Part shown: positions 24,949 through 39,489 of the stretch, one piece after another
Layout of the letters: every line of letters starts with the position of its first letter
How positions within the stretch are numbered: position 1 is the stretch's first letter
Made by a program: the position numbers and the translations under genes
Notes under the pieces: generated by a model
Database searches by the model: none
What the model was told of the DNA's origin: nothing
Seen by the model: only the letters and a program-made list of their open reading frames with translations
Source of the DNA: Chiloscyllium plagiosum
Taxonomy: Eukaryota
Direction: 5' to 3'
Length of the DNA: 64,000 bases
Assembly: GCF_004010195.1 (NCBI RefSeq)
Contig: NC_057749.1
Location: forward strand, 18,656,487 to 18,720,486

Positions 24949-26091
24949 TTCGAGACAACACAGTGTGAGCTGTGGGTGGCATTACTATCAGTCAGATGGC
25001 CATGAGTTTAATCTTCATGTTGGAAACCTGAGCACACAGTCCAGGCTGAGGGAGTACTGCCTTGTTTAGCCTTTCACCTTTCAGATGGAAGATTAAGTCA
25101 AGGTCTTGCCTCTCTCAGGTGGATGTAAAAGGTCCTGTGGCACTATTTCTAGCTCACCAGAAATACGTGAATAAGTAAGACAGTGTTTTATGGATATTCC
25201 TATTCAGAATCATCCTACCACAATGGGAGAGGGATTTCTAACTCAAGGCACAGATCAATTCCACTGGATTTTCTACTAGTGAATGAATTGATCAGGGAGG
25301 GATAGTTATGCTGGGAAACTGAACAAAGGCAGAGTAACATTTGACCTCCATCAGCTTCAACTCGATACGAACCCTGCCAAATCAGAACACGTAACTCCAT
25401 CCTGCTTCACATCATTGAGGTGCTTCCCAGAATTAGAGTCATCACATACACTGGACCCAAACTAATCGCACACTCACTCGAGGTCCACATGCTCCAACAT
25501 TCCAACAGAAAACACCCAGAAATAAATGCCATGGGTGACCTGATAGACTTTTAGATTGTAAAAGGGTTCACTAGGATAGATGTAGAGGAGTTATTCTTTA
25601 TCATGGCAGGTTCAAATCTAAAGAGCATAATGATAATGGTAGGCACTGATCAATCCTATTGGGAATCTCAGAGAAATCTCTTTATCCAGTTAGGATATGA
25701 ATTTAGACAAGCTGAAGCAAATTGGTACAGATGATTTAAGGGGTAGATGGATAAACATAAGAGAGAAAGAAATGGGAAGTCTGGCTGATGGAGTCACACA
25801 AAATAGGGTTGCAGGATGCCTATATGCAGCATGAAAACCAGTCTAGACTAATTTGACCAAATGTTGCTGAGCTGTACATTCTTTATAATTCTCCTTGTGA
25901 GACATTCGCTAAATTTTCAATATGCTGCCCACACCATGACTAAAATCAGCTAAATTACAACAAATCAGAAACTGAACCCAAGACTTCTGAATCTGCTGAG
26001 GTCAATTACATGCTCAATTTAAATTGCTCTAATGGAGAACATGAATAAATATTTCCTATTCATCAAAGTCACGGAGCAATAAATAACTAAC

Positions 26092-26176
26092 CTGTAGTCC
26101 CCATCAGTTTCTTGCGTAATTTCTGACTCTTGTTTGAATCACGGACAAGGATCTCTTGCTCTTCTTTGGTACAGAC
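26092..26176 (-). CDS. TRIP4: TRIP4 coding exon 5 (85 nt)
   Basis: VCTKEEQEILVRDSNKSQKLRKKLMGTT(G), compare human VCTHEEQDILQRDSNKSQKLLKKLM; acceptor ctcttgaag, donor CAG|GTTAGT; phase 0 to 1. Not in the ORF track. Confidence 0.94.
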
Positions 26177-26705
26177 CTTCAAGAGGTACATTCAATTAAT
26201 CAATGATAGTGGAACTGTGAGGCTACATTTATCAAGAATAGCTTAACAAGCACTTTTCTCGAGTGTAGAGAAGGATGAAAGTTTACCCAGTAGCAGTCTA
26301 AGATAATTAAAACATTTAATAGGTTCGATTTGGTGAAGGGGTTTTCATTTATGAGGAAGTCCAAAATGAGAGATCATACACATAAAATAATCACTAAATA
26401 TCAAAGAAGGAAACTCAGATAAAATGTCCTTATCAAGAGAGTGGTAAGAATATGAAATTTGGCATTACGATGGGTAGTTGAGGTGAGGAACAGATACCTT
26501 CTGAGGGGACACTAGGCACACCCAAGTGAAAGGTCAGGGTTTGAGTAAAATGGATGGAAGGAGGTTTGTGTGGACCATTTGCACTACAATAGTGCAGCCG
26601 AACAGCCTGTTTCTGTGTTGTGAAACGCTGTAAATTTCTGTTCTTCCAGGTGTATCCCTTTTTTCACTGTGTAAAAGGATGTTAGGGCAGGATTTACTTT
26701 CACTT

Positions 26706-26837
26706 AATCATTCCTGAAGAAGGGCTTATGCCCGAAACGTCGATTCTCCTGTTCCCTGGATGCTGCCTGACCTGCTGCGCTTTTCCAGCAACACATTTCC
26801 AGCTCTGATCTCCAGCATCTGCAGACCTCACTTTCTC
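26706..26837 (+). mobile_element. Family-A element with intact minimal hammerhead core (26714-26741)
   Basis: CTGAAGA-A-GGGC-TTAT-GCCC-GAAA-CG-TC; TSD CTTTCACTT (26697-26705, 26838-26846). Further family-A copies at ~29270-29356, 37190-37368, 47446-47582, 48617-48725. Confidence 0.82.
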
Positions 26838-27711
26838 CTTTCACTTTATTAAGTCACATAAGTCCCGTATATTTCATTCAAAACCTGCCCTCAAGAAATA
26901 ACTGGGAGGAACTCTCCCTACTATACTCTCCTCCTTCCAATGAAATCAGTCACTTATAGAGGAAGAATTTGAAAATTAAACAAAACAAATAAAAATATGC
27001 TCCTTGTAGAGAGCTTTTGAGTTTCAACACACAGAAATGGCACTACTTTGCTTCCTTGTAGCTGTCACTTAGGGAGGTCTTGACATAAGCCAAGAACCTG
27101 GAAAGTATTCCCTCAGCCTCTCTCTCCAGGTGGCAATAACAAATATGTGCAGAAGGCCGTAGTGGAAAATATCAAAAACAAGGGCACATTCTGCAGAGTC
27201 CAGAACCGTTTACAGGTGTGAGCGCTGTCATTTGTTTTATAGACATTGAATATATCCATGACAGGAGTCTGGCTCCAAACAGACTGCTCAAACCTAAGCA
27301 CTGTGGCAGTTCTACAAAGTGACAAATGGCACAAGCGGTAGTCAGAGGAAGAAATCACATTTCACAGGATACATTGGTTGGAGCTGCTGACATTGAAAAG
27401 TTAAATTAGTAAGTGCAGTTGAAATCCAAAGTTGCTGAAGCTGAACTAACAAGCTCAGCGTCAGGCTCACAGACTCACACAGATTCATCCTCTCAACTTA
27501 TGGTAAAAATATTAAACATGTTGGGGAATAATACATTTTCTGGCTAATTATACTCCTGCTTAGTAACACTCCCCAAAGTATATACCTCCTCTTTTCTCCT
27601 GTTCTGCTGAAAGATCTGATTCAAGCTGACACTGGATTACATTGTAAAGTAACTTGTAGGGCCTCACATAGTCATTTTTGTCCATCATTTTGAACAGAAT
27701 TGCATACTTAC

Positions 27712-27924
27712 CAAAGTTCCACAGAACAAGCAGGGACCTGATCCCTCCTGCATGCAGATAATGCGGCCACAACTCAAGCAGTTGTTGATGAGTTGGTGAG
27801 TTTGTCCTAAGCATTCACAGGGATGACGACCAGGGAGAGTGACGGCAAGTCGATCCTCACCCTCCTTTGTGTACAGAGACAGGTACTTAGTCTTTTTCTT
27901 GGATGTAGAATTAGCCTCCTGGGC
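27712..27924 (-). CDS. TRIP4: TRIP4 coding exon 4 (213 nt), C2HC5 zinc finger
   Basis: AQEANSTSKKKTKYLSLYTKEGEDRLAVTLPGRHPCECLGQTHQLINNCLSCGRIICMQEGSGPCLFCGTL; acceptor ttttaaccag, donor TTG|GTAAGT; all zf-C2HC5 ligands present. Confidence 0.97.
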
Positions 27925-28072
27925 CTGGTTAAAAATAGAAACAAAACATGTCAAACATAGCAGCCAATGTGTGTGAAAGTTGGCTGTCCAAACAGCAATG
28001 AGATAAAAACAATTATGTATTCACTTTCTGGTGGTACTACTACCATGATTAAATGTTGTCCATGACACCATG

Positions 28073-28845
28073 GAGAAATGGAAGGTGCTGCATTTTGGAA
28101 AAGCAAATCAAAGCAGAACTTACACACTTAACGGTAAAGTCCTGGGAAGTGTTGCCAAACAAAGAGACCTTGGAGTGCAGGTTCATAATTCCTTGAAAGT
28201 GGAGTCACAGGTAGATAGGATAGTGAAGAAGGTATGCTTTCCTTTATTCGTCAGTGCATGGAGAATAGGAGTTGGGAGGTCATGTTGTGGCTGTACAGGA
28301 CATTGTTTAGCCCACTTTTGGAATATTGTGAGCAATTTGGGTCTCTTTGCTTTAGGAAGAATGCTGTGAAACTTGAAATGGTTCAGAAAAGATTAACAAG
28401 GATGTTGCCAGGGTTGGAGGATTTGAGCAATAGGGAGAGCTGTTTTCTCTGGAGCATTGGAGGCTGAGGAGGGAACCTTACAGACATTTATAAAATCATG
28501 AGGGGCACAGATAGGATAAATAGACAACTTTTCCCTGGGGTGGGGGGAGACCAAAACTAGAGGGCATAGGTTTAAGGTGAGAGGGGAAAGATTTAAAAGG
28601 GACCTAAGGTGCAGCTTTCTCACACAGAGAGTGATGCATGAATGAAATGAGCTGCCAAAGGAAGTGGTGGAGGCTGGTACAATTACAACATTGAAAAGGC
28701 AACCGAATGGGAGTATGAATTGGAAAGGTTTAGAGGGATATAGGCCAAATACTATCAAATGGAAGTAGATTAATTTAGGATAGGTCGGCATGGATGAATT
28801 AGAATGAAGGATCTGTTGCCATGTTGTACATCTCAATGACTCTAA
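28073..28845 (+). mobile_element. 5'-truncated CR1 LINE (ORF2 C-terminus and tail)
   Basis: KVLHFGKANQSRTYTLNGKVLGSV..QRDLGVQVH; EVMLWLYRTL.SPLLEYC; tail ends TACATCTCAATGACTCT. Lies ~150 bp from the exon 4 acceptor. Confidence 0.9.
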
Positions 28846-29747
28846 ATCCCCTGCACTTTGCCAAGTAGTACCATGTGATTTTTTTGCATTCTCCTCCAAG
28901 GGTAGACCAAGTCTCAAACTGAAGTCTCAACCGAGTGTCTGTCCAGAGAGCTGGAGTGGGATTTTCACCCACAATCCTAACTGAGGATGGCAAGTTGCTA
29001 TCAACGAAGCTGTAGATCTAACCTTGATCAGTAAATATTAGATCTCAACACAAGCATTTTTACTTTGCCAACCATGTCGTCATCACTAGCTTGAATCTTA
29101 AGCCCAATAGGATATTTTTAATCCTGGCTTTATAGTTTTAGGACACAAAAGTCATATCCTGATCTCTTCCCTTTCTACATTTCCTGAGAATCATACATGA
29201 GGTACTAGAAACTTTTCCTTTTCGACTGTAAACTGGAAAATGGAAGGGGGACTCTGTTATATAAATAAAGAGCAGAAAATGTGTTGCTGGAAAAGCTCAG
29301 CAGGTCAGGCAGCATCCAAGGAGCAGGAGAATCAACGTTTCGGGCATAAGCCCTTCTAGAGTCAGGAGAGCTTTTCAACTCAAAAAAACAAGTGGGATTA
29401 CGTGGTGTGTATTTTAGCTGTGCAGAATAATGTTCCTTTTTCAAAGCAGTAAGGGGATAATTAGAAACTAATTGGCACCACATGTCTTTGAGATAAGAAA
29501 AATCTGCCTGGTAATAGCCCTCTGATTGTAACAAACTTCAGTTCAACCAAAGCTGTAAGTGCGGAGCAGCCAGAGATATCCAGACCTGCAAACTGAAAAC
29601 ATCTCTCTATATATATATGTCCACGAGATCAACTAACGGAATGAAGAATACTTTACAGAGAACAGTATATCATCATTGCTGAAATTAAAAGGAATTGAGA
29701 GACAATTTAACTCAACTTTGAGTTCTAGACCTTTGATCTTCGAGATA

Positions 29748-30038
29748 TAGATACACCATCCCTCATCCGAAATCCTTGGGGCCAATTGTTATCCGGAATT
29801 AATGACATTTCCACAGTGAAATAAAAACAGAGTTACCTAACAGCAGATGCAAGTGTGAACAGTACAAGCGCTGAGTCACAACTGACGCCTGCCATTGCTG
29901 GGCCACGCCACATCTGAGTGATGTGGTTCAAGTGGGTGTGGAGTTGGGTCATCTGTTCACATGCCAAAATGACGCTACACACTCCACACAAAAATATTTT
30001 GGCTTTCGGAGCTGTTCGGATAGAGGATTGCGTATCTG
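29748..30038. mobile_element. pogo/Tigger-like MITE (~290 bp)
   Basis: Imperfect ~25-bp TIRs TAGATACACCATCCCTCATCCGAA / TTCGGATAGAGGATTGCGTATCTG flanked by TA (29746-29747, 30039-30040). Confidence 0.65.
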
Positions 30039-31142
30039 TATTGTTTTCCCTAAAGTGTTGTTCCACCCATAATATGCATCAAGTGTCTGTATTTTGTCTC
30101 TCCTAATCAGGATTGCGCATTTATGCATTTGGAGTTTTTATGGGGATCTACTTCAGGTTGAAGAGTGGGATAGTCAGAATTCTTTCTTTCTTTCTTTACT
30201 CTACCATTTGTTACAGTCATGAGTCGTACAATGAATAGAATTATTTTCTATTGATACAAAACCTGGTGTGGATTGCTTTTGTCCTGAATAGTAGAAGTCA
30301 AGCAATCGATTGTCCTGGTAATTTAATTGGGATTTGAAACATTGTGATGGCTTGTGGAACAGTCAGACACAATTATCGGCACACACTCCAGAGTTCCACG
30401 TGGAAGTAAATTAAATTATAATGAATCACCAAAAACAATACGTCGTCGCTCCTCCGAGTGATGGACCCCAAAGCAGCACAGACTGAAGCTTGCAACAGAA
30501 AGTGGGTAAAGAGCTGATACAGGAACGTGAACTTAAATTACTTTCAAAGCACACAAAATCTCCACGGGGTGTGTGCAACCCAAATTTCTGACATTCTGCA
30601 GGATTTTTGTAACGCTATTGGGCAATTTGACAGCTATGCTGCTGGAATTCTAAAAGAGGCTCTTTACAAACAAACAAGTTTAAATGTATGGAGAACATTC
30701 ATCGTGAGTGCACCTGCTACCCTCTAACAAAGAGCAAACCAACCTCTTTTATGTCAGAGTTACGTCAATTAGAAAGTTTGCCTTATTTTTAAGTGAATAA
30801 ATTTATACTTAGTTGAGTAAATTTTTGTCCTCATTGCTCATCTGTGCAGCCAACAGGTCAAAGATCACAATGCCTGCTTTTAGGGAGTTGTTTATGTTCT
30901 CCATAAGTGACGACCGATCAGCTGCCAAGAGTTCAATTTTCCAACTTTCTCTGCCACAGTGACACCGCATTGTTTAGGTCAGTTGGCAGGAGGTACTGCC
31001 ATTGGACACAAACTCTGACATCGCTAGATTTAAAGAAAAACAGAATTTTGTCTTCTTCATGGAAGCAGAGCTGGTCTGTCTGGTCAATTCTTTTTTTACA
31101 GGATCTCGGGAAAGTAGAGGTTAGATGATCAGTAAGAAGGGA

Positions 31143-31641
<499 letters not shown>

Positions 31642-32034
31642 GAGAGTGAGAGAGAGAGTGTGAGAAAAAAGAAAGAAGTAAAGGAGAAACAAAGTACATC
31701 CTGCAAAAGGCACAGCATTCCCAGCTGGATGCTTGCATCCAGTGCAGTCGTTAAGCCCATGCTTGTGTCATGGGTAAGATAACATATCCTACAATGATTG
31801 AAATGAAAGTCCACCGTTGATTGGAATGGGCAGACAGGTAGCCAAGTAGTTCACACTCCTCTAAGTGGGCACTTCCACAGACCTGGTATCACTTATTACA
31901 AATGATCTTCACGTTTGTTTAACCTTTAACTCAATTTGGTGTGCATCATTCTTCAAAAAAATAAACCAGATAAGAACCTGTATCATTCAATCTTCAGAGA
32001 AAATCACCTGCACAACATCTTAACACTGAAAAAA

Positions 32035-33080
32035 GCACATTATGATTAAAATAATTCAACATGGTTTCATGAAAGGAAATCAAATTGTTTGTTACTTATG
32101 GAGAGATAAAGGGTTGATGATGTAGTATATCTGGGTTTCCAAAAGGCACTCAATAAAGAAAATGGATGAAAAGGAGAATTTTTAAGTTGGCAGACAGTGA
32201 CCCGTGGATTTCTATAAGAATCAGTGATAGGACTTCAGCATTTTACAATCTATATTGATGACTTAGATGCATTACTTTCTGTCTCTTCATATAAGCTTGC
32301 TGAAAATACAAAGTCAGGTGAAAAGATAAACTGTGAAGGGGAAAACAGACGTTGCAAAGAGTATATGCAGAATAGCATATGGGTTGTAGAAGTGTGAAGT
32401 TATTCACTTTGGTCTTAAGATTAGCAGAATGTTTTTTTAAGAAGGTGTAAAACTTGTAAATGTTGATGTTCAAAGAAACCTGGGCGTATTTCTACAGAAA
32501 TACAGATGGATATGGTTACAACAAGCAATAACACAGGCAAAAGACATATCGGCCTTATTGGAAGGATGCTGAAGTGCAAAAACAAACTCTTGCTATAATT
32601 GTACAGGGCTTTAGTGAGACGACATCTAGAAGACTGTGTGCTAATTTGTTTTCCCTATTTAAGAAAGGATATACTTGCGTTGGTGCTGTAAAGTTTCAGT
32701 AGGCTATTGCCTGGGGCGTCCTATGATGATGGGCTGAGTAATTCAGATCTATATTCTTGAGTCCAGGATAATGTTCTGAAGGGGCTTGACAGGGCAGATG
32801 CTGAGAGATTGTTTCTGCTAATTAGGGAATCTAAAATATGAGGGCAGTCTCAGGTAAGTCGCCAATTATTTAGGACATGAGATGAGACTAAATGACTTTA
32901 CTCAAAGGATTGTGAATCTTTAAAATTCTCTACTTCAGGAAGTTGCAGAACGCCACTGTTGAATACGTTTTAAGGCTAAAACAGCTCGATTATTGGGCTC
33001 AGGGAATCAATGAATACGGGAAGTGGGCAGGAAAGTTGATTTGAAGCCAAAGGCAAATCATCATCATAGGTTACAGGATC
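32035..33080 (+). mobile_element. Old CR1 LINE (RT and tail)
   Basis: Decayed QHGFMKG, DVVYLGFQKA, SVIGLQHFTIYIDDLD motifs. Confidence 0.65.
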
Positions 33081-33145
33081 CTGTGGTCGGGTTCTGTTCC
33101 TGTGGTCGAGTTCTGTTCCTGTGGTCGAGTTCTGTTCCTGTGGTC
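33079..33145. repeat. 19-bp tandem repeat (TCCTGTGGTCGAGTTCTGT) x3.5
   Basis: Direct reading; sits at the 3' end of the old CR1. Confidence 0.9.
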
Positions 33146-33218
33146 AACACTTGCATTCTTGAACATTGACACCAGTGATTTCATTCCAATTTGCCTGTTC
33201 CTCACAAGAATCCATCCA

Positions 33219-33497
33219 GTTTAGATTAGATTACTTACAGTGTGGAAACAGGCCCTTCAACCCACCGAAGCGCAACCCACCCAGACCCATTCCCCTACAT
33301 TTACCCTTTCACCTAACACTATGGGCAATTTAGCATGGCCAATTCACCTAACCTGCACATTTTTGGACTGTGGGAGGAAACCCACGCAGACAGGGGGAGA
33401 ATGTGCAAACTCCACACAGACAGCTGCCTGAGGCGGGAATTGAACCCGGTCTCTGATGCTGTGAAGCAGCAGTGCTAACCACTGTGCCACCGTGCCA
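33219..33497 (-). mobile_element. HE1-like V-SINE (other copies 36018-36370 -, 52398-52692 +)
   Basis: Reverse complement of the SINE at 1973, with tRNA head and (AATCT)n tail. Confidence 0.85.
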
Positions 33498-34859
33498 CAA
33501 ATAACACTTTCTGCTGGTGAGAACTAAAGGAGCAGTTCTGAAGAATGTTGAGACTTGGCAGATTTCATGAGTAAAGTCCAAGCGAGACAGTGTATATGTT
33601 AACATTGGGAGGGTTTATTACCTGAATCTTTTAAAATGAAAAGGATTTGCCCAATGTACCAGGTTTCATCAGCCTTGGATTTCAGGTGCATTCAATTTCC
33701 AAAGTCATGTGTAGCAGAGGCAGATTGTACTGTTGCAACCGTGAAGTAAAATATTAACATTTTCCTAAAATATTGAACTCCTGTCAATAGAAAGGCAGCA
33801 GTAATGAAACGTATTGCAGCCATCTCTGAATGTCCTCACCACGAAACATAGCAAGCTGGACAAGTGCAAGGAATTGAGACCAGCTTGCTGCTCGGTTCCT
33901 TAATTATAGTAATCATTGGGCTATCATTATACAGCCCTACATGGGTGACCATGTATTTTTGAAAAGTAAAAATGTATGACATCTTTTAAGTTTTTATATG
34001 GTTTGTGGGCAAAGAATAAAAAAAATCTACTTGTCACTCCCAAAGCATCTTGTATCCACTGTAACAGTTTCCAACCCTTTACCTTAAATAACATTCCTCA
34101 GCATAAACAAAAGCTCCAAAATGATCAGAGTAAAGGAGACACCAACAAGCAAAAGAAAATGCATAATTTAATGACAGAAAGCAGAGATGGACTTAAAAGC
34201 CCTCCTCACTTTAAACATTATTAAATTAAGGTTACACCACATCTGAAAATGCATAGGAAGTGCTTCTGTTAATGTTTTGGTACACACTATTGACTTTGTT
34301 AAAAAGTGAACACATTTTCATCTTGAAACAGCACAATTCCTTTAGTGCTGACATTGCGGCTGAGCTAAAAACCTAAGGATTAACTCTGGCCTGTCGGACA
34401 GTGTCAGGGTGGCAGTCAAACAGAAATTGGACCAGAATCTTACAGGTTAGCACAAAGCGATGAATCCATCTCATCTTTGTTGGCTCTTTCAAAGGGCTAG
34501 TCAATTTGTTCCACTATCCTGCACTTTTCCTATGACCTACAGATTTTTCCCTTCAGGTGTAAATCAAATTTCCTTTTAAACGTTGCTGCTGTATCTGCTT
34601 TCACCAGCCTTTCAGGCAACACATTCAAATAATTATAATCCATTAAGTAAAAACAAATTCTAATCTCTCCTCCTGATTCTTTTTCCTGGATTCTGGGATT
34701 GGATTTCTACACTGGCGCTGCTCAAGATGCACAAATCTGAATGCGCCAAAGACAGGAATGTATTTAAGTGTGATGCTCCCAATCGTTGTCTAGCCTGGCA
34801 CCATTCACTTTGATCTCTGACCAGCAGCTGCAGAATTGGGCCCAGAAGTCATCATCGTC

Positions 34860-35965
34860 ATTCAGTATGGAAGAAATGCATCCATACCAACCAGGTTTCC
34901 TTAACCAAACTAGTCCCATTTGTCTGTGTTTGGCCCATATCCTTCTAAACCTTTCCTCTTCATGTACCAATCCAAGTGTCTTTTAAATGTTCTAACTGTA
35001 CCCATCTCGATCACATCCTGACAGCCTGATCCATATATGCACCATCCTTTATGTGAAGAAATTGCCCATCAGGTTCCTTTTAAATCTTACCCCTCTCACC
35101 TTAAACCGGTGTCTCTAGTTTTGGACTCCTTTGGCCTAGGCACAAGACCTTGGCAATTCACCTTATCTATGCCATTCAAGTTTTTATACATCTCTAAGTT
35201 CACTTCTCAGCCTCCTACACTCCAGGGGAAACAAGTCCCAGCCAATCAGCCTCTCCTTATAACTGAAACATTCCAGTGTTCGTAACATCCTTGTAAATCT
35301 TTTTTGCACCCCTTCCACTTTAATAACATCCTTCTTATAACAGGGTAACCAGAATTGTACGCATTACTCTAAATGTGGCCTTACCTATGTCTTGTATAGC
35401 CGTAATATGATGTCCCAACTATCACCTGTTTCAATCTGGGTTGTAGCCAGACCCTTTAGAAAAGGTGGTGATGTTGGTTGAGGACATGGAGATCATTTAC
35501 TGAATGGTAAGAGGTTGATGGACTCCAGTGAAGTGAAGAAATGAGGATTGGCCAGAAGAATGCTCCGACCGATGAAGGCAAGCATGCCAAATGCCTTCTT
35601 GATCACCCTGTTTACCTGTGATGTCAGTTTCAAGGAACTATATAACTGTACCTCTGGATCTCTCTGTTTGACAACACTCCCCAGGTTCCTACCATTAACT
35701 GCACAAGTCCTGCTCTGGTTTGTCTTACCAAAATGCAACACCTTGCATTTGTCTGAATTGATCTCCTTCTGCCTTCCTTGGTCTACTGGTCCAGTTGATC
35801 AAGATCCTGTTTTACTCTTAAATAAATTTCCAATCTGAACAACCACCCTCTACCCCACCTTATATCTCCTACCATCAAGCCAATTTTGCATCCAATTGGC
35901 TAGCTCTCCCTCTGTCCCAAGTGATCTAACCTTACTAATCAGTCTACCATATGGAATCTTTCCTA
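34860..35965 (-). mobile_element. CR1 LINE 3' region
   Basis: Minus strand LHFGKTNQSRTCAVNGRNLGSVVKQRD...IKKAFGMLAFIG plus tail. Confidence 0.8.
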
Positions 35966-36904
35966 AAGCTATACAATAAATTTGACAGTTAGAAGTGAGA
36001 GACATGATTTCACTGATCATAGAATAGAATGCCTACAGTGTGAAAGCAGGCCATTCAGCCCATCGAGTTGGCACCAATTCTCCGAACAGCATCCCACACA
36101 GACCTACACTCCTATCCTATCCCTACATTTCCCATGGCTAACCCACCTAGCCTTCACATCCCTAGACACTATGGGCAATTTAGCATGGTCAATCCACCTC
36201 AACTGCACATCTTCGGCCTGAGAGTAAACCAGAGCACCGGGAGGAAACTCTCGCAGACATGGGGGGAGCGTGCAAACTCCACACAGACAGTCACGCAAGG
36301 GTGGAATCAAATTGGAGTTCCTGGCACTGTGAGGCAGCAGTGCTAACCACAGAGTAACCGAGCCACCCAAATGTCACTTTCAACCATGTTGAAATAGCAC
36401 AACAATTTAATCAGAAAGGTGCGAACCAATTGTGGTAAATAAATAATTTTAAAGTTACACCCTGCTCCTCGTTGAGACATATAGTCTACATACTTGTCAG
36501 CACACTGCCACTGAAATTTAGATACCACATTACTCATTAGGCAGAATGTCTTGTCTTAACAGCAGCATCCTAATAATGAAAAGAAATGCCCTATTTACTG
36601 TAAAGGACTGCCAGGAACAGCTTGCCTCAACAGCTTCTCACTTTTTCACCCTTCCAGGTGAATGAGGGATAGATTATTCAAAGCCAAACAGAGGCTATAA
36701 TTCCTTTCATGGGTTTTTGCAAAACACCCTGTTCCAGAGACCATAGGCTTGGTCTGAGATTAATCAGCTACCCAAGGTTGAGAATTCCTCTGTTCTACTC
36801 AGCCAAGAGCATTGAGAGGGGTACAAAAGCTGAAAGAGTTTCATGGTCACACCTCAAGAGCGGTCGATAGATGTGAAAAAGGTTTTGTTGCCTTCAGGGC
36901 TTAC

Positions 36905-37041
36905 CTTCACCAGATCCATGGGTGTTTTAACCTCTTCTGCTGGCTGCTGGATCTCGGACACAAGCACTGGCTCTTGCTTGTTCCGACCTTTCCGCTTGGA
37001 TTTCTTGAGCTGGTCACCTGCTTTCGATGAATCTGGAATCT
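36905..37041 (-). CDS. TRIP4: TRIP4 coding exon 3 (137 nt)
   Basis: Acceptor ctctctgtag, then EIPDSSKAGDQLKKSKRKGRNKQEPVLVSEIQQPAEEVKTPMDLVK, donor AAG|GTAAGC; phase 1 to 0. Confidence 0.95.
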
Positions 37042-37469
37042 CTACAGAGAGAGAAAGCTGCAATTATATAGCACTTTTCACAACCTCAGCACATTCCCAA
37101 ATACTTTTCGGCGAGTAAAGTAAATTTTCAAGTTGTAACGCAGGGATTGTGGAGCCAATTTATGCACAGGAAGCCCTTATAAACAGGATCAAGAATGTTC
37201 TGCTGGAAAAGCACAGCAGGAAACAGCAGCATCCGAGGAGCAGGAGAATTGATGTTTTGGACATAAGCCCTCCATCAGGATTCCTCGGATGCTGCCTGAC
37301 CGGCTGTGCTTTTCCAGCACCACACTCTCGACTCTGATCTCCAGCATCTGCAGTCCTCACTTTCTCCATATTGACAAAATAATCTAATTTGTGACATGAG
37401 AAGTTGCAGACTTCCATAAATTAGACAATTTCAGGGCAAGGACTACAGATGTGTTAGATTTAGACTCAC

Positions 37470-37639
37470 CATCTTTTTTTCTGTAAAACTGCACTTGTCC
37501 AGCAGCAAGCAACTCTTGTGATTTCTTCCATCTTTTCAGAAGCTCATCGATGAAAATACGTTTCTTCCCTTCGGTCCCTTGAATCAAGTCAGCAACATAA
37601 TCTTCAATCTCCTCTGCACTCTCAATTGACAGGACATAC
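37470..37639 (-). CDS. TRIP4: TRIP4 coding exon 2 (170 nt)
   Basis: Acceptor ttttccgcccag, then YVLSIESAEEIEDYVADLIQGTEGKKRIFIDELLKRWKKSQELLAAGQVQFYRKKD, donor G|GTGAGT; phase 2 to 1. Confidence 0.96.
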
Positions 37640-39489
37640 CTGGGCGGAAAAGAAAAATTTTCCGTACAGTTGAGGAATGAAGGGTGAACAAACGGAAACT
37701 TTGTGTTTGGGGTATCCACTAATTGAAGTTACTTTCCCCACCCAGGTAATCCGAAGATAAATAGTGCAGGCGCTAATTAATACACACACACAATCTCAAG
37801 CATATAAAGAACCCCACTCTACTAAAAAATGCAAGTTAGAGTAAATGCTGTTCCATCAAAAAGGTTAAAAATTATTAAACTGAGTCTTGTACTCTTCCTT
37901 TAACAAACATATTTATACATATAGCACTGTGGACAAAGGAGTGGGCAGCTGAAAAAAAGGCTCATGTCGAATTACACCTACCATTCTTAAAAGTCTCAAG
38001 ATTAGAATAAGGTCCTTCAAGAATGAAATCAGGAAGCACTGATCCATGAAAAAGGTAATAAGAAAGTGGATAATCTCCTTCAAGACTGCAAGTGCTGGGA
38101 AACAATTGAGTTCACCAAGACTGAGATTATCAGTATGTTTTTGTTAGATATGGATATCAAAACATATAGATGAAAGGCAAGCGAATGGAATTGGGATGAA
38201 ACCATGATATAATCAAATAGTCAAAGAAGTTAATAGTGCCTTTCTTTTTCTGATGTCCTTAACTATGGAGCTATGAGGGAGGAACTGGCCAAAGTTCAAT
38301 GATGCAATACCTTAGCAGGGATGACAGTGGAGGAACAATGGCAGATATTTCTGGGTATAATGCAGAAGATGCAGGATCAGTTCATTCCAAAAAGAAATAA
38401 AGATCCTGAGGAGGCAAGGGTGGCCGTGGCTGACGAGGGAAGTTAAGAAACATAAGGTCAAAAGAGAAAAAGTATAACATAGCAAAGATAAGTGGGAAAA
38501 CGGAGAACTGGGAAGCTTTTAAAGAACAACAGAGGATTACTAAGAAGGAAATACGGAGAGAAAAAATGAGGTACCAAGGTAAACTGGCCAAAAATATAAA
38601 GGAGGATAGTAAAAGCTTTTTTAGGTATGTGAAAGGGAAAAAAATTGGTAAGACTAAAATTGGGCCCTTTAAGACATAAACAGGAGAATATATTACAGGG
38701 AACAAAGAAATGGCAGAAGAGTTGAATTGGTACGTCAGATCTGTGTTCACTGGGGAAAACACAAGCAATCTCCCTGAGGTAACAGTGGCTGAAGGACCTG
38801 AACTGAAGGGAATTTATATTTGCCAAGAATTGGTGTTGGAGAGACTGTTAGGTCTGAAAGCTGATAAGTCCCCGGGAGCTGGTGGTCTGCATCCCAGGGT
38901 ACTGAAGGAGGTGGCTCTAGAAATCGTGGATGCGTTGGTGATTATTTTCCAGAGTTCGATAGATTCGGGATCAGTTCTGCAGATTGGAGGGTGGCTAATG
39001 TTGTACCACGTTTTAAGAAAAGAGCGAGAGAGAAAGAAGGAAATTATAGACCAGTTAGTCTGACCTCAGTGGTGGGAAAGATGCTGGAGTCAATTATAAA
39101 GGATGAAATTACGACACATCTGGATAGCAGTAACAGGATAGGTCAGAGTCAGCATGGAATTATGAAGGGGAAATATGATTGACTAATCTTCTGGAATTTT
39201 TTGAGGATGTAACTCTGAAGATGGACAAGGGAGATCCAGTGGATATAGTGTACCTGGACTTTCAAAAAGCCTTTGATAAAGTCCCACATAAGAGGTTAGT
39301 GAGCAAAATTAGAGTGCATGGTACTGGGGGCAAAGTACTGACTTGGATTGAAAATTGGTTGGCTGACAGGAAACAAAGACTAGTGATAAATGTCTCCCTT
39401 ACAGAATGGCAGGCGGTGACCAGTGGGCTACTTCTTAGTCGTTTTCCAAAACATTGTTCTGTATCAAAATCTCTCCTCAATTGCGATTG

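Noticed and set aside
33079..33145. CRISPR-like repeat
   Set aside because: Direct tandem units with no spacers, in a vertebrate intron at a LINE 3' end.
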